A stretch of 64,000 bases of DNA, taken from positions 21,366-85,365 of the forward strand of contig JAPPMC010000172.1 of assembly GCA_028819235.1 (NCBI GenBank), given 5' to 3'. This DNA is from Bryobacterales bacterium (lineage in GTDB: Bacteria > Acidobacteriota > Terriglobia > Bryobacterales > UBA6623). Below the pieces are notes generated by a model, which had not been told where the DNA came from, ran no database searches, and saw only the letters and a list, made by a program, of their open reading frames with translations. Positions within the stretch are counted from its first letter, which is position 1. Each line of letters starts with the position of its first letter. Below, piece by piece: positions 63,617-64,000 of this stretch. The translations under genes and the position numbers were made by a program.

Positions 63617-64000
63617 TCAATCTCCGGACGCGGCCTCTGAAGGCGCGGTCTTCGGAAGTGCCCGAACCCTCGAACGCCTCTTTCCCCACAGCAGCCAGCG
63701 CGCCACCGCGCGTAAATCCTCCAAGACCAAGTAGAGCGTCGGGACCATCACGAGTGTGACCACTGTCGCGAACAGCACGCCGGAAGACAAGGCCACCGCC
63801 ATCGGGATCAGGAATTGGGCCTGGATGCTCTTCTCCAGCATCAGAGGCGTCACGCCGGCAGCGGTCGTGAGCGATGTGAGCAGAATGGCCCTGAACCGCG
63901 CCTGACCTGCCAGAACGACCGCCTCGCGCAGGTTCCCCTGCTCCCGGCGGAAGCCCTCGATGAACGAGACCAGGACGAGCCCGTCGTTCACGACGATTCC
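63617..64000 (-). CDS. RND (AcrB/HAE1-type) efflux transporter permease, C-terminal part; gene continues beyond the right edge
   Basis: VNDGLVLVSFIEGFRREQGNLREAVVLAGQARFRAILLTSLTTAAGVTPLMLE...LFATVVTLVMVPTLYLVLEDL is the conserved C-terminal TM10-12 region of RND pumps. Confidence 0.85.
   Translation of the reverse strand, partial: GIVVNDGLVLVSFIEGFRREQGNLREAVVLAGQARFRAILLTSLTTAAGVTPLMLEKSIQAQFLIPMAVALSSGVLFATVVTLVMVPTLYLVLEDLRAVARWLLWGKRRSRVRALPKTAPSEAASGD

Noticed and set aside
1-64000. A scan for CRISPR arrays, rRNA/tRNA genes, IS elements or transposases, integrases and long (>100 bp) nucleotide repeats.
   Set aside because: None was recognised by eye. The paralogous gene families (DUF1501, PSCyt/DUF1553, TBDR, sulfatase) are similar only at the protein level. 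A computational repeat, tRNAscan and Infernal pass would be needed to make this definitive.

Overview
This is a high-GC bacterial chromosomal window with dense coding on both strands. The gene content suggests Acidobacteriota or a PVC-type soil bacterium. That is an inference from three CarboxypepD_reg-type TonB-dependent receptors, three PSCyt/DUF1549/DUF1553 + DUF1501 pairs, a PVC-type heme-binding protein and five type I sulfatases. Other recognisable genes are modABC, a cytochrome c-PQQ dehydrogenase, DUF3500, a CRTAC1/ASPIC protein, an enolase-superfamily dehydratase, a D-2-hydroxyacid dehydrogenase, a tandem NIPSNAP-like protein and the 3' end of an RND pump. A small toxin-antitoxin islet lies at 16.5-17.8 kb. 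Its hicA toxin gene (59 codons, GTG start) is missing from the supplied ORF track.

The stand-out is an 11-gene minus-strand cluster at 37437-49382. It runs SulP/STAS anion transporter -> DabA (DUF2309, Zn-ligand pattern intact) -> a translationally coupled Mbh/Mrp-type membrane module (MrpE-F-G-DUF4040-B-C-D) -> NuoL-like -> NuoM-like. Described DAB/Mps inorganic-carbon pumps are two-gene systems (DabA plus one NuoL-like DabB). Here DabA sits where hydrogenase or redox modules sit in Mbh/Mbx-type complexes. I interpret this as a candidate multisubunit, ion-gradient-coupled CO2/bicarbonate pump that I have not seen described.

I recognised no rRNA, tRNA, CRISPR array, transposase or integrase. 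Many long track ORFs are antisense or alternate-frame artefacts of the high GC content. The track's 'M' start can be ATG, GTG or TTG, so several starts were re-evaluated by hand.
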